A stretch of DNA of 64,000 nt, from positions 1 through 64,000 of IMG/VR virus record IMGVR_UViG_3300028384_001275; one strand, 5' to 3'. How positions within the stretch are numbered: position 1 is the first letter of the stretch; every line of letters starts with the position of its first letter. Both the position numbers and the translations under genes were made by a program. Shown here piece by piece: positions 26,243 to 36,518 of the stretch. Under the pieces are notes generated by a model. That model saw nothing but the letters and a program-made list of their open reading frames with translations, made no database searches and was not told the origin of the DNA. Origin of the DNA: a virus.

Positions 26243-28447
26243 ATGACAGCAGGAAGACTTGCAGCTGCTAAACCAGCAGCAACTACTAATACAGTTATCT
26301 ATAGATGCCCTCCCACTTTAACTGGTAGCACAGTCGTGAATGTGTGCAACCAAAGTGGTAGTGCTGCTACTTATCGTTTGGGTCTGCGTGACTATGACCA
26401 AGTATTGCACTTAGATGGTCAAGAAGCAGAAAACGGTGGCACAGCATCCACATATAAATTTGAAAGGGGAAATCCCGTTAGCGCATATAAATTATCTCTC
26501 ACTCCTGGATTTCAATATTCAGATGCAATTCCTGGCACTGAGTTCTTGTCAACTAATGGTGCAACTGGAAAGATCCTTGACATTTTCAAGGCAACTTCAG
26601 ATGTTACTTACTACACCATTGTTGATTCGGTAACCAATGTTTCTCTACAAGCAGATTCTACTGCGGGCACATTTGAGGGTGGTGAAACTCTAACAGGATC
26701 AATTTCTGGACTAACTGCAACATATCGTGGTGGTGATGCTACGGCATTAACCCTGGCTTTGGATGATGTTGCATCTGGTGCTACTTCAGTTAAAATTTCT
26801 CGCACAACAGGTCTTGCAGATGGTCAAGTCTTGACTATCGGTGGTGTTTCTGATGGTGGTGAAATTGTTTCGATTGATGCATCAGGTATTAACACAACCA
26901 CCAACACGCTGACTATTACTCGAGCTGCTCTCGGCACCACCGCTGCTGCTATTCCTGTTGGTTTGGCAGTCACTGCCTGGTCTGAATCTGCGGTTACGTC
27001 AACAATTGATGAGGGTGCAACTTATGCAACCTCTGATACAACTTTGACTGTGGCAGATTCCACGGGTTTTGTTACTGGTAGTATTATTAAAATCGATAAT
27101 GAATTGCTGGCGATCACGGATGTTAATGGTAACGACATTACTGTTGATAGAGGAGTCTATGGCACTTCTGATGTCGATCACAACAATGGATCCACCGTCA
27201 CGCAAATGACAGATAATGGCACTTATCTGATTAATCACTTCTCAGAGGGCGAAACTTTGACTGGTGGTAGCTCTAATGCAACTGCAATTCTAGATTTTGA
27301 TGCTGCTACTTCAGCAACAAATTCTACAAAGTATCTGTTTACTACTACCTCAGATTCTGCTACTGATCATGTCCAATTTACTGCTATTGATTTCAATCTA
27401 GATCGGACATATATCTTTGATCTGAGTGATTCAACTTGCAATAATTATCCTTTGAAGATCTCTGCTGATGATCCTGAAGGTCCTAATGGTAGTGGCACAG
27501 AATATACTCAAGGTGTATCTAAGGTTGGCACAGCTGGCACAACGGGAGCATTTACTTCTATTGTAATTACAACTAATACTACTCCCAACCTTTTCTTGTA
27601 TGCAGATGGCACTCCTTCTGGAGAAACGCAAGGTATTGGTTTAGGTGCTACAGTGCAAACTAATCCCACTTATGAAGAAGTGTTTATCTATGATGTTGGT
27701 GGTGAAGCACTTGTAGATGCAGATACGTTTACTATTAATGGTGTAACACAAACTATCAATGCTAGTGGTGTTACTGCTGGTCCTTTTGGAATTGTCACTA
27801 ATTGGGATCCTGATAAGGCACACCTCAAGATTGCACTATCTCCTGGATCTGAGGCATTTGCAAATGGTGATGAATTTTATGATACTCCCACACTGAATAA
27901 TGGTAATCGTACTATTGTTAGGGTTGTCGATGGTAAAATTCTAACAGTCACCAACATTGCTGCTGCAAACGCATCACGCTCCGAAGGCACATATTCTAAT
28001 CTGACTGCCAATTCAACTAGCGGAAGTGGTGATATTACGACAGCACGTTTTACTGTGGATGTTGATAACTCTGGAGCAGCAACTATTACCATTGTAAATG
28101 GTGGTAAAGATTTCGTATTGAATGAAACCGTTACTATTAACGATTCTCAACTTGGTGCTGGTGGTGCTCCTGCTTTGACATTCGATGTTGCAACTTTCTC
28201 CACTGGAGTTACTGCTGATCAGACAGACATTTATAACGCTGAAGATTATCTTTTCTATGATAATGCTATCGGAGCAAATGAGACTGAAAAGAATAGTGCA
28301 ATCGTTGTAGGTCCTGGGCAAAGCCTGGTTGCTTATTCCTCAGCAGGTGATCTTAGCTATGTTGTTAATGGATTTGAGTCTGTATCGGACGATCTCCCTG
28401 TTGTCAATATGACTAAGGTCAATACAGATGGTGGCGTTGCTCCATAA
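26243..28447 (+). CDS. Virion structural protein
   Basis: Thr/Gly/Ser-rich beta repeats (GETLTG..S..TA; ID.E...IT; RG..GT...H). Confidence 0.7.
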   Translation: MTAGRLAAAKPAATTNTVIYRCPPTLTGSTVVNVCNQSGSAATYRLGLRDYDQVLHLDGQEAENGGTASTYKFERGNPVSAYKLSLTPGFQYSDAIPGTEFLSTNGATGKILDIFKATSDVTYYTIVDSVTNVSLQADSTAGTFEGGETLTGSISGLTATYRGGDATALTLALDDVASGATSVKISRTTGLADGQVLTIGGVSDGGEIVSIDASGINTTTNTLTITRAALGTTAAAIPVGLAVTAWSESAVTSTIDEGATYATSDTTLTVADSTGFVTGSIIKIDNELLAITDVNGNDITVDRGVYGTSDVDHNNGSTVTQMTDNGTYLINHFSEGETLTGGSSNATAILDFDAATSATNSTKYLFTTTSDSATDHVQFTAIDFNLDRTYIFDLSDSTCNNYPLKISADDPEGPNGSGTEYTQGVSKVGTAGTTGAFTSIVITTNTTPNLFLYADGTPSGETQGIGLGATVQTNPTYEEVFIYDVGGEALVDADTFTINGVTQTINASGVTAGPFGIVTNWDPDKAHLKIALSPGSEAFANGDEFYDTPTLNNGNRTIVRVVDGKILTVTNIAAANASRSEGTYSNLTANSTSGSGDITTARFTVDVDNSGAATITIVNGGKDFVLNETVTINDSQLGAGGAPALTFDVATFSTGVTADQTDIYNAEDYLFYDNAIGANETEKNSAIVVGPGQSLVAYSSAGDLSYVVNGFESVSDDLPVVNMTKVNTDGGVAP

Positions 28448-28481
28448 TCCATAAATACTCATATCAAAGGACTCCAAGTAA

Positions 28482-31400
28482 ATGGCACTTACTCGTCTTA
28501 AAAATATCATCACGTCTAGGACTGGACGTATTATCTACGTCAACCCTGATGACTTTGATGCATCGGACGCATATGATAATAGAGGCAACTCTGCATTGCG
28601 TCCATTTAAGACGTTGCAACGTGCCTTTCTTGAAGTGGCACGATTCTCTTATCGTGTTGGTTTGAGTAATGACGAATTTGATGCATTTTCGATCTATCTG
28701 TATCCATCCGAATATGTAATTGATAATCGTCCTGGTCTTGGTGATTATAACCAGATTCAACCATTCAACGAAAACACAAACTTCGATATTACATCACCAT
28801 CAAACGAGTTATATAAATTTAACTCAACTGAAGGTGGTGTTATTGTTCCTAGGGGTGCTTCTGTTGTTGGCAGTGACCTGAGACGTACTAAGTTTATTCC
28901 TAAGTATGTCCCATATCCTACAGTGCAAGGTAGTTTAGGTATCACTGCTGCAAATGAGCCTGGTGCCTCGGCCATGTTTCGTGTCACAGGTGGCACATAT
29001 TTTTGGCAGGCATCTTTCTTTGATGGTGATACTAATGGTGTTTACTATCGTGATGACCTGAGTCAGATTGCCCCTAACTTTTCGCACCATAAACTCACTT
29101 GCTTTGAGTATGCGAATGTAACTGACCTGAATCTTTACTATCAGAAGATCTCGAAAGGTTACGCTGTTATTCCTGATACTTCTGGTATTACTGCACAAGA
29201 CCAGTTGCAACCAAGAGTCGAAGAAAACAGGATCGTGGGTCCTATTTCGGACGAATTTGCTGTCTCACAGATTATCCGAAATGGACAAACCGCAACTGCA
29301 TTCACTGTTGACGAATTGGGCAACCCGAAGAATCATGGATTCTCCGTGGGTGTCGCTGTTAATATATCTGGTGTCACTGGTCCTACTGACCAAGATGCTC
29401 TCCTCTATAATGGATCATTCCTGGTAACATCTGCACAAGGCAACCAGTTTACCTATCAAATGTCATCTGAGCCATCAGGTAATGCACTTGGTAGTAACAT
29501 TCTTGTTAAGGTTGAGATTGATACTGTTGACTCAGCATCACCATACATTTTTAACATGAGTCTGCGATCTGTGTGGGGCATCAATGGTATGCACGCTGAT
29601 GGTAGTAGAGCAACTGGTTTCAAATCGATGGTGGTTGCACAGTTTACGGGTATCTCTCTACAAAAAGATGACCGTGCCTTTGTATTGTATAATCAGTCTA
29701 CTGGTAATTATGAAGTCCAAGCTGCGGGATCTGGCGCACATATTAATGGTCTGTGTAAATACCGTAGGGGATGGCGTCACGTCCACATTAAAGCATCCAA
29801 TGATTCATTCATTCAGGTTGTGTCTGTGTTTGCTGTGGGATTTGGTGATCATTTCTTCGCTGACAGTGGTGGTGACCTTTCTATTACCAATAGTAATAGT
29901 AATTTCGGAAATACTTCACTTAGATCTAAAGGATTTAAGGCAGCTGCATTTACAAAGGATAAGGCAGGAGAGATTACACACGTTATCCCACCCAAGTCCC
30001 TAGAAGATGTTGATGAAATTTCAGTCAACTGGGTGACTATTGACATCACAAAGACGAGATCTGTAGCAGATCCAACAAAACTTTTCCTGTATGGTTATAC
30101 AGTAGAAACTGGCAGACCACCTAGTAAGATTCAGGGTTACACTATTGGCGCACGACGCGATGATGTCAATACTCCTGACCGTCTTTATGTGCTGCTTGTC
30201 GCGTCTGGCGCGTCTGAACCTACTACTCACTATGCTGAGATCAATCCTTCTGGTCCCGATGTTACTGGCACCCGAGGTGGTGATGAGCAGTCTCCCCTGA
30301 AGTGGGATAGCACCAACAACCAATGGTATATTCAGGTTGATGGTAGTGCTAACACAATTTATACCACATTGCTCGCTAACCCCACTTATCAAAATCTTGG
30401 ATTCACACCCACAACATTCATCCGAAGAGTGCCCGACGCAAGAAACCTTGTCGATAGAGTCTATCGTTATCGGTATGTACTTGACAAAGATGCATTTCCT
30501 GTGCCCCGCCCTCCTATCACTGGTTTTGTGCTCCAACCAAGATCTTCGGAGACAAACTCTCCAGCATACGGAAAAACTTACTACATCTATGCCGTAGAGA
30601 CACATCAAGAGTTTGAAAGAGGTGTAGCAGATGGTATCTATTACCTGACACTTTTGAATGCTTCAGTGTCTCCTTCTACATCTAACTTTAACGACTTTGC
30701 ATTCTCTCAGTATACTGTTGATCTTTATCCAGCATTTGATAGAGATAATCCTGTTGCTGATCCTGCAGCTGCAGTATCTATTGCAGATAACGAAACATTG
30801 GGTTTGGTTACAACAACTGATGGTGCATCACCTACACCAAATGAAGATACTCAGAGATCTATCACCAAGGAGACATCACAATTCTTCCTGTTGGAATCTG
30901 AAAACAACCTTGGATATAACACCACATCTAATGTATTGAATGGTATCTCAGTTACTGCACGTCTTGGTGATGAAGAAGAGCGTAAGATTCCTCTGAAACT
31001 TAATGCTGATAATAGTGTCCAACCTCTTCTCTGTGAATTAAGGAGATACTCTATTCTTAGAGCATCTGGTCACACGTTTGAGTATCTTGGTTTCGGTCCT
31101 GGTAACTATTCAACAGCATTCCCATCTACACAGGTTGAGGTTCTCTCACCTGAGCAGGTTAGACTGTCACAGTCACTCAAAGAAGCAGCAGGTGTTGCAT
31201 ACTACTCTGGTGTGAATAGTGATGGTGAGTTGTTTGTTGGTAACCAGGTGATTAACCCTGTTACGGGTCAGATCACTAACGAAGATATTGCACAGTTGAA
31301 TGTGTTGGGTGAAGAAGGCACAACGATTGAGACATTCTCTGAGTTGGTGTTGACTGATAAACTGACTGTTATCGGTGGTGCATCTAACCAGTTGGAATCT

Positions 31401-32054
31401 GTATTCTCTGGTCCTGTTACTTTCCAGAAGAAAGTTACATCACAGGATACAGTCCAAACTCTCAATTTCACTCTGTCTAATGACGACGGCACGGTGTTGA
31501 GAAACACTTTCCTCGCTGAGGATAATGGATCAGGTTTGCCCGAAGTGACAGCCAACGTTGCATACAATGATGGTGACATTGCATATAACATTGATTGGAC
31601 ACCTGGCACATTCTTGGGTTGGATTTATGACTCAGGAGACTGGTATAAGTTTGGTCTGAGTGATACTGCACCCATTACATCTAATCGTTTTGCTGGTGTA
31701 ACTAACTATGGTATTGGTGAAGCACCTGATGCAAACAATAGAATGAGAATTTCTGGTAATGTTGCAGTTACAGGTGACATTGATGTGAGTGGTAAATATG
31801 GTTGTGTTGACAAATATAGTCTTGCAACTGGTATAACTAATGATAATGATGGTGTCATGTATACAGGTAATGGCTCAACTACTACGTTTGCTATTTCACC
31901 TGGACACAGTGCATATTCTGTTTTGGTATTCTTGAATGGTGTCTGTCAGCGCCCTGGTGTTGATTATTCTGTGACTGGTAACGCTGTTGACTTCTCAGTC
32001 GGCACTGTGCCACAAACAGGAGATAACATTCAGATCCGTGAATTGGTCATCTAA
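28482..32054 (+). CDS. Large virion/tail-fibre structural protein
   Basis: MALTRL.N, YVNP.D.DA.D...N.GNS..RPFKT.QRA, PRG.S.VG.DLR.T; C-terminal V.LNGV.Q.P..DY domain; CATAAATA at 28450. Confidence 0.75.
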   Translation: MALTRLKNIITSRTGRIIYVNPDDFDASDAYDNRGNSALRPFKTLQRAFLEVARFSYRVGLSNDEFDAFSIYLYPSEYVIDNRPGLGDYNQIQPFNENTNFDITSPSNELYKFNSTEGGVIVPRGASVVGSDLRRTKFIPKYVPYPTVQGSLGITAANEPGASAMFRVTGGTYFWQASFFDGDTNGVYYRDDLSQIAPNFSHHKLTCFEYANVTDLNLYYQKISKGYAVIPDTSGITAQDQLQPRVEENRIVGPISDEFAVSQIIRNGQTATAFTVDELGNPKNHGFSVGVAVNISGVTGPTDQDALLYNGSFLVTSAQGNQFTYQMSSEPSGNALGSNILVKVEIDTVDSASPYIFNMSLRSVWGINGMHADGSRATGFKSMVVAQFTGISLQKDDRAFVLYNQSTGNYEVQAAGSGAHINGLCKYRRGWRHVHIKASNDSFIQVVSVFAVGFGDHFFADSGGDLSITNSNSNFGNTSLRSKGFKAAAFTKDKAGEITHVIPPKSLEDVDEISVNWVTIDITKTRSVADPTKLFLYGYTVETGRPPSKIQGYTIGARRDDVNTPDRLYVLLVASGASEPTTHYAEINPSGPDVTGTRGGDEQSPLKWDSTNNQWYIQVDGSANTIYTTLLANPTYQNLGFTPTTFIRRVPDARNLVDRVYRYRYVLDKDAFPVPRPPITGFVLQPRSSETNSPAYGKTYYIYAVETHQEFERGVADGIYYLTLLNASVSPSTSNFNDFAFSQYTVDLYPAFDRDNPVADPAAAVSIADNETLGLVTTTDGASPTPNEDTQRSITKETSQFFLLESENNLGYNTTSNVLNGISVTARLGDEEERKIPLKLNADNSVQPLLCELRRYSILRASGHTFEYLGFGPGNYSTAFPSTQVEVLSPEQVRLSQSLKEAAGVAYYSGVNSDGELFVGNQVINPVTGQITNEDIAQLNVLGEEGTTIETFSELVLTDKLTVIGGASNQLESVFSGPVTFQKKVTSQDTVQTLNFTLSNDDGTVLRNTFLAEDNGSGLPEVTANVAYNDGDIAYNIDWTPGTFLGWIYDSGDWYKFGLSDTAPITSNRFAGVTNYGIGEAPDANNRMRISGNVAVTGDIDVSGKYGCVDKYSLATGITNDNDGVMYTGNGSTTTFAISPGHSAYSVLVFLNGVCQRPGVDYSVTGNAVDFSVGTVPQTGDNIQIRELVI

Positions 32055-32085
32055 AAATAAATAGATAGTAAACAGAGGGTAACCA

Positions 32086-32955
32086 ATGTCCACCAAAATT
32101 ATAGGCAATCAGATTGATGCCACAACTAGGGCGATTATGGAAGCTCTAGATGTGACCGAGCAAATCAATCTGCCTGCTCTCAATCAATCTTCCATCAATG
32201 CCTTAGGCACACCTGCTTATGGCACTTTAGTGTATAATAGCACTGAAGATATGGCGCAGATTTATCTGCAAGATGCTGCACAAGGCGTGCCTGGTTGGGA
32301 TGATGTTGGTGGCGGTGGTCCTTCTGTTGGTGAAGACTCCATTATTCGTACTAATGGACCCACCATTGAGCAAAACATCACTGTTGGTCCTGTTGCAAAC
32401 GGTGGTGTTGAGTTTACTAATGGTTTCACAGCGGGTCCTGTGACTATCGCAAACGGTTATACAGTTACTATTGAGAATAATGCTACTTGGCAGGTTCTCG
32501 GTGATGATGCAGATGCAGTCCTGGAATACAGTGACATTTCAACTGGCACTCTATCGGTGTCTGGTATTCTTCACTTTACAGAAACTAAAGAAGCAGTCAC
32601 TTACTATAATTCAAGTGGCACTGTCACACATAGTTTCAACAATAACAATACTGTTTGGGTCACGAAGACTGGCGGTGGTAATTTCACATTTAATCTGAAT
32701 GATGTGCCAGCTGGCGGTTTCGCTGATGGTAACGCATTCGGCATTACTGTGATCATTGAAAATGCTGGTGGTGCAGGTATACCTAGCACCTTCAATATCA
32801 ATGGCGTAAGTCATACAATCTACTGGTCAGGTGGAGCTGCTCCAGCTATGGCCGATACCTATATGGTATGCTCGTTTGCAATTACTGCAAAACAACCAGC
32901 AGGACAGTCTAGTCAATCTTACACTGTTTTTGGCAGTGCAGGTCAATACGGTTGA
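32086..32955 (+). CDS. Tail-fibre-associated structural protein
   Basis: GPS.GEDSIIRTN...I..NIT...N...AGP.TI..G.TVT motif; TAAATA at 32058. Confidence 0.7.
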   Translation: MSTKIIGNQIDATTRAIMEALDVTEQINLPALNQSSINALGTPAYGTLVYNSTEDMAQIYLQDAAQGVPGWDDVGGGGPSVGEDSIIRTNGPTIEQNITVGPVANGGVEFTNGFTAGPVTIANGYTVTIENNATWQVLGDDADAVLEYSDISTGTLSVSGILHFTETKEAVTYYNSSGTVTHSFNNNNTVWVTKTGGGNFTFNLNDVPAGGFADGNAFGITVIIENAGGAGIPSTFNINGVSHTIYWSGGAAPAMADTYMVCSFAITAKQPAGQSSQSYTVFGSAGQYG

Positions 32956-32963
32956 GGTAAATT

Positions 32964-33755
32964 ATGGGAAGATTTGGTGCATTTTCGGGGCAAACTCCTA
33001 CAGGATCAGGACTATATTCTGCTGGCAATAGCGGCGGCGGTGGTGGAGCTGCTCCTTTAGGTAGTGCTTCTAATCCTGCCCCTAATGCTGAGGCACTTCG
33101 TGCAGCTGGTATTACAACAGAAGGGGCGTATTACATTAGTCTTCCTAATGTGGGATCGAAACTGACATATTGTGCTCCATCATCAGGATTTGCTGGTGGT
33201 GGTTGGATGCTTGCATGGAAATGCACTCGTGGATCTAGATTCTCTTGGGGATCTAACTACTGGACAAGCTCCAATATATATCGTGAGACTGATATGGGTC
33301 GGTCTGATAATGATGCAAAGTATGATGTATTCAATAACTACAGTGCTTCTGCATTCCTTGCTATCTTCCCTGATATTGGTCGTAATGGTGGGCAAGCATC
33401 TGGATATGGTAATGGTTGGAGTTGGTTGCAAACAGGACAAAATAGCACCTGTTTGAGTAGATTCCAAACCCAAAGCCAGATCTCAGGTAACCCTCGTGGG
33501 CAGAATATGTGGCAGGGATCTGGATTCTCTGCACAGGGTGGATTCCAATGGTATGGATTTAACTATACAGGCAATGGTAGTCATAGAGTCCGTTGGGGAT
33601 TTGGTTGGAATAATGAAGGCGATCAAAATTCTAATGACGTGCAAGGTGGTATCGGCACTCAGCGTGGCGGATCATCAGCAGGAGATCATATCTATTGTTG
33701 TCAGACAACAACTGGTGTAAATAGGACTATCAGAGCGGAGATTTGGGTCAGATGA
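32964..33755 (+). CDS. Fibrinogen-C-like/lectin-like tail-fibre-associated protein
   Basis: G..SNPA..A..L.....G.YYI.LP.....YC.....GGGWML motif. Confidence 0.6.
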   Translation: MGRFGAFSGQTPTGSGLYSAGNSGGGGGAAPLGSASNPAPNAEALRAAGITTEGAYYISLPNVGSKLTYCAPSSGFAGGGWMLAWKCTRGSRFSWGSNYWTSSNIYRETDMGRSDNDAKYDVFNNYSASAFLAIFPDIGRNGGQASGYGNGWSWLQTGQNSTCLSRFQTQSQISGNPRGQNMWQGSGFSAQGGFQWYGFNYTGNGSHRVRWGFGWNNEGDQNSNDVQGGIGTQRGGSSAGDHIYCCQTTTGVNRTIRAEIWVR

Positions 33756-33985
33756 CATATGAAAGTTATTTGAGAGAAGCAAAGAAGTTATATCAATCTC
33801 GTGATGGTCAGCATGTTATAGACTTCGCGAAGAAGGTTGCTACTGAGTTTGATAAGGTAGTCGCAGAAGAGATTACTATTGAGCAGTTTGCGGATAATGT
33901 GCCTGACAGTGAATACACTGAAGATGCTCCGATCAGACACCTTAACTACATCAAGTCTCAGTTAATTCATTATTATCCTGAATAA
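33752..33985 (+). CDS. Hypothetical protein
   Basis: ATGA overlap with the previous stop. Confidence 0.55.
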   Translation: MTYESYLREAKKLYQSRDGQHVIDFAKKVATEFDKVVAEEITIEQFADNVPDSEYTEDAPIRHLNYIKSQLIHYYPE

Positions 33986-34013
33986 ATAAAATAGGAAAGG
34001 ACCTTTATCCAAT

Positions 34014-34823
34014 ATGGCACAGTTAAGAGTTGGAGCTGTAAAAGACCTCAGTAACATTGGTGGATTTACATTTTCCTCTGGTGGAGTTACTGCTAATGGT
34101 GCATTGACAGTTACTAATCTGGAAGTTACTGGATCTATCACAGGATCGTCTAATTTCTTGATCCCTAATCCATCAGGTAATGCAGGTCAATATCTGACTA
34201 CCAATGGATCTTCTATGTCATATGGTGAGCTGAGTACTGCAGCGGGTGCCAGATCTATGCAGGTCTGGACATCTAATGGGACCTGGACTAGACCGAGTGG
34301 TGTTAAAACCATTATGGTCACAGTTACTGGTGCTGGTGGAGGTGGATCTGGTCACTGTGAATCGGGTGGTGCAGGTGGCACATCTCAAAGACAATTAGAT
34401 GTTACAAATATCTCTTCCGTATCCGTTACTGTAGGTAATCCTGGTGGAGGCACTAATTACTCTGGTTGTGGTGGAGGTGGTAACTCATCTTCATTCGGAT
34501 CTTACTGTAGTGCAGGAGGTGGTACGGGAGCTAACTGTAGACAGCAACACTCTGGTGGAATCGGTGGTAACGGATCTGGCGGATCGCTAAACATCTATGG
34601 TGGCGGCGGTAACGGTCATGGGTCACACTATTCCTATGGCAATCACACTGCTGGTCCATCATATTGGGGTGGCACTCAGCCCTCATCTCATAGACAGAGT
34701 AACTACTCCCACCGTCATCAGAACCATTGTGCCTGGGGTGCTGGCGGTAACGGCGCTCAGCACGGCAACCGTGGCGCTCGCGGTCGTGAAGGTGTAGTTG
34801 TTGTCCATGAATTCTTCGGCTAA
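34014..34823 (+). CDS. Glycine-rich tail-fibre tip/adhesin-like protein, paralogue 1
   Basis: Fibre-like N-terminus (G..G.YL.TNG), WT.PSGV..I.V...GAGGGG glycine-rich domain, G..G.V.V.E end; TAAATA at 33983. Confidence 0.75.
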   Translation: MAQLRVGAVKDLSNIGGFTFSSGGVTANGALTVTNLEVTGSITGSSNFLIPNPSGNAGQYLTTNGSSMSYGELSTAAGARSMQVWTSNGTWTRPSGVKTIMVTVTGAGGGGSGHCESGGAGGTSQRQLDVTNISSVSVTVGNPGGGTNYSGCGGGGNSSSFGSYCSAGGGTGANCRQQHSGGIGGNGSGGSLNIYGGGGNGHGSHYSYGNHTAGPSYWGGTQPSSHRQSNYSHRHQNHCAWGAGGNGAQHGNRGARGREGVVVVHEFFG

Positions 34824-36140
34824 ATACTAAAAAAGACCTAACATGTCACAGATTAAAGTATCTTCAATTAGGGATCTTACTGACGCTGCTGGTTTTACTC
34901 TGGCATCTGGTAAGATTATTACTGTAGGCACACTGACAGTTTCTAATATCACTATTAATGGTGATATTTTTGGTGGGTCTTCCTATATTATTCCTGAGCA
35001 ATCTGGTAACGCTGGTAAACTCCTGAGATCTACAGGTAGTGGTCTTGAGTGGGCTGAAGGTGCTGGGGCTGCTGGTATTAGATCCATGCAAGTGTGGACA
35101 TCTAATGGCACCTGGACACGCCCCACTGGTGTTAAATCTATTATTGTAACAGTTGTTGGTGCTGGTGGAGGTGGATCTGGTCACTGTGAATCTGGCGGTG
35201 CTGGTGGTATGGCTGAGCGTGTAGTTGATGTTACTAATGTTTCATCAGTTTCGGTAACCGTAGGTAATCCTGGTGGAGGCACTAATTACTCTGGTTGTGG
35301 TGGAAACGGAGGTACAACATCTTTCGGGTCCTATTGCTCAGCATCTGGCGGATATGGTGCTAACTGCCGCACACAACATGCTGGAGGTATCGGCGGCAAC
35401 GGATCTGGTGGTAGTGTTAATGTATACGGTGGTGGTGGTAATGGTCATGGATCTCACTATTCCTACGGAAATAATGTAGGGGGTAAGTCTTACATGGGTG
35501 GTTCTCAAGCATCGTCACATAGTCAGAATAACTATGCACATAGACACCAAAATCATTGTGCTTGGGGTGCTGGTGGCAACGGTGCTAAGCATGGTAACCG
35601 TGGTGCTAGAGGACGCGAAGGTGTAGTTGTCGTCCAAGAATTTTTCGGTTGATAAATAACTAAACAAGGGCATAAGACATGAGTGTACTCAAAGTAAGTC
35701 AAGTCAGAGACGTTGCTGGTATTGGTGGATTCAACCTTTCTAGTGGGTCGATTACTTCTGTGGGCACACTTAAAGTGAATAATATTGTTATTAATGGCAA
35801 TATTTCTGGATCTTCAAACTATGTGGTCCCTTCACAATCTGGTCAGTCAGGTAAATATCTGACTACCAATGGATCAACTTTGAGCTGGGGGGAAGTATCC
35901 CAAACATCTGGATTTAGATCTATGCAGGTGTGGACATCTAATGGCACTTGGAATAAACCATCAGGTGTCAAGTCTATTAGAGTGCAGGTAGTTGGTGCTG
36001 GTGGAGGTGGATCGGGTTATTGTGAATCGGGTGGTGCTGGTGGTATGTCTGAACGTGTGATTGATGTTACTAATGTTTCATCGGTCAGTGTCACTATAGG
36101 TAATCCTGGTGGAGGCACTAATTACTCTGGTTGTGGTGGA
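34432..36140 (+). repeat. 44-nt identical repeat x3 (TAGGTAATCCTGGTGGAGGCACTAATTACTCTGGTTGTGGTGGA)
   Basis: Copies at 34432-34475, 35261-35304 and 36097-36140. Confidence 0.9.
34843..35652 (+). CDS. Glycine-rich tail-fibre tip/adhesin-like protein, paralogue 2
   Basis: 269 aa, colinear with paralogue 1; TAAATA at 34821. Confidence 0.75.
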   Translation: MSQIKVSSIRDLTDAAGFTLASGKIITVGTLTVSNITINGDIFGGSSYIIPEQSGNAGKLLRSTGSGLEWAEGAGAAGIRSMQVWTSNGTWTRPTGVKSIIVTVVGAGGGGSGHCESGGAGGMAERVVDVTNVSSVSVTVGNPGGGTNYSGCGGNGGTTSFGSYCSASGGYGANCRTQHAGGIGGNGSGGSVNVYGGGGNGHGSHYSYGNNVGGKSYMGGSQASSHSQNNYAHRHQNHCAWGAGGNGAKHGNRGARGREGVVVVQEFFG

Positions 36141-36488
36141 AATGGTAACACAAGTAGTTTTGGTAGTTATTGCTCAGCATCTGGTGGATATGGTGCTAAT
36201 TGTCGTCAACAACATGCTGGCGGTATTGGTGGCAACGGATCAGGTGGCACTTTGAATGTGTATGGTGGTGGTGGCAATGGTCACGGATCTAACCACTCTT
36301 ATGGTAACTATAGTGCTGGCATGTCTTATATGGGTGGATCACAACCTGGATCCCATAGACAACAAAATTATGCCCACAGACATCAAAACCACGCTGCGTG
36401 GGGTGCTGGTGGCAACGGGGCTAGAAACTCAAACCGTGGTGCCCGTGGTCGCGAAGGTGTCGTAGTTGTATTTGAATACTACGGTTGA
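35679..36488 (+). CDS. Glycine-rich tail-fibre tip/adhesin-like protein, paralogue 3
   Basis: 269 aa, colinear; TAAATA at 35653. Confidence 0.75.
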   Translation: MSVLKVSQVRDVAGIGGFNLSSGSITSVGTLKVNNIVINGNISGSSNYVVPSQSGQSGKYLTTNGSTLSWGEVSQTSGFRSMQVWTSNGTWNKPSGVKSIRVQVVGAGGGGSGYCESGGAGGMSERVIDVTNVSSVSVTIGNPGGGTNYSGCGGNGNTSSFGSYCSASGGYGANCRQQHAGGIGGNGSGGTLNVYGGGGNGHGSNHSYGNYSAGMSYMGGSQPGSHRQQNYAHRHQNHAAWGAGGNGARNSNRGARGREGVVVVFEYYG

Positions 36489-36518
36489 TAAATAACAACG
36501 AAGGAGATTTTTCTAACA

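Noticed and set aside
34014-36488. Diversity-generating retroelement or invertible tail-fibre cassette
   Set aside because: No reverse transcriptase or recombinase in the window, differences are not adenine-specific, and all copies are intact direct-orientation genes.
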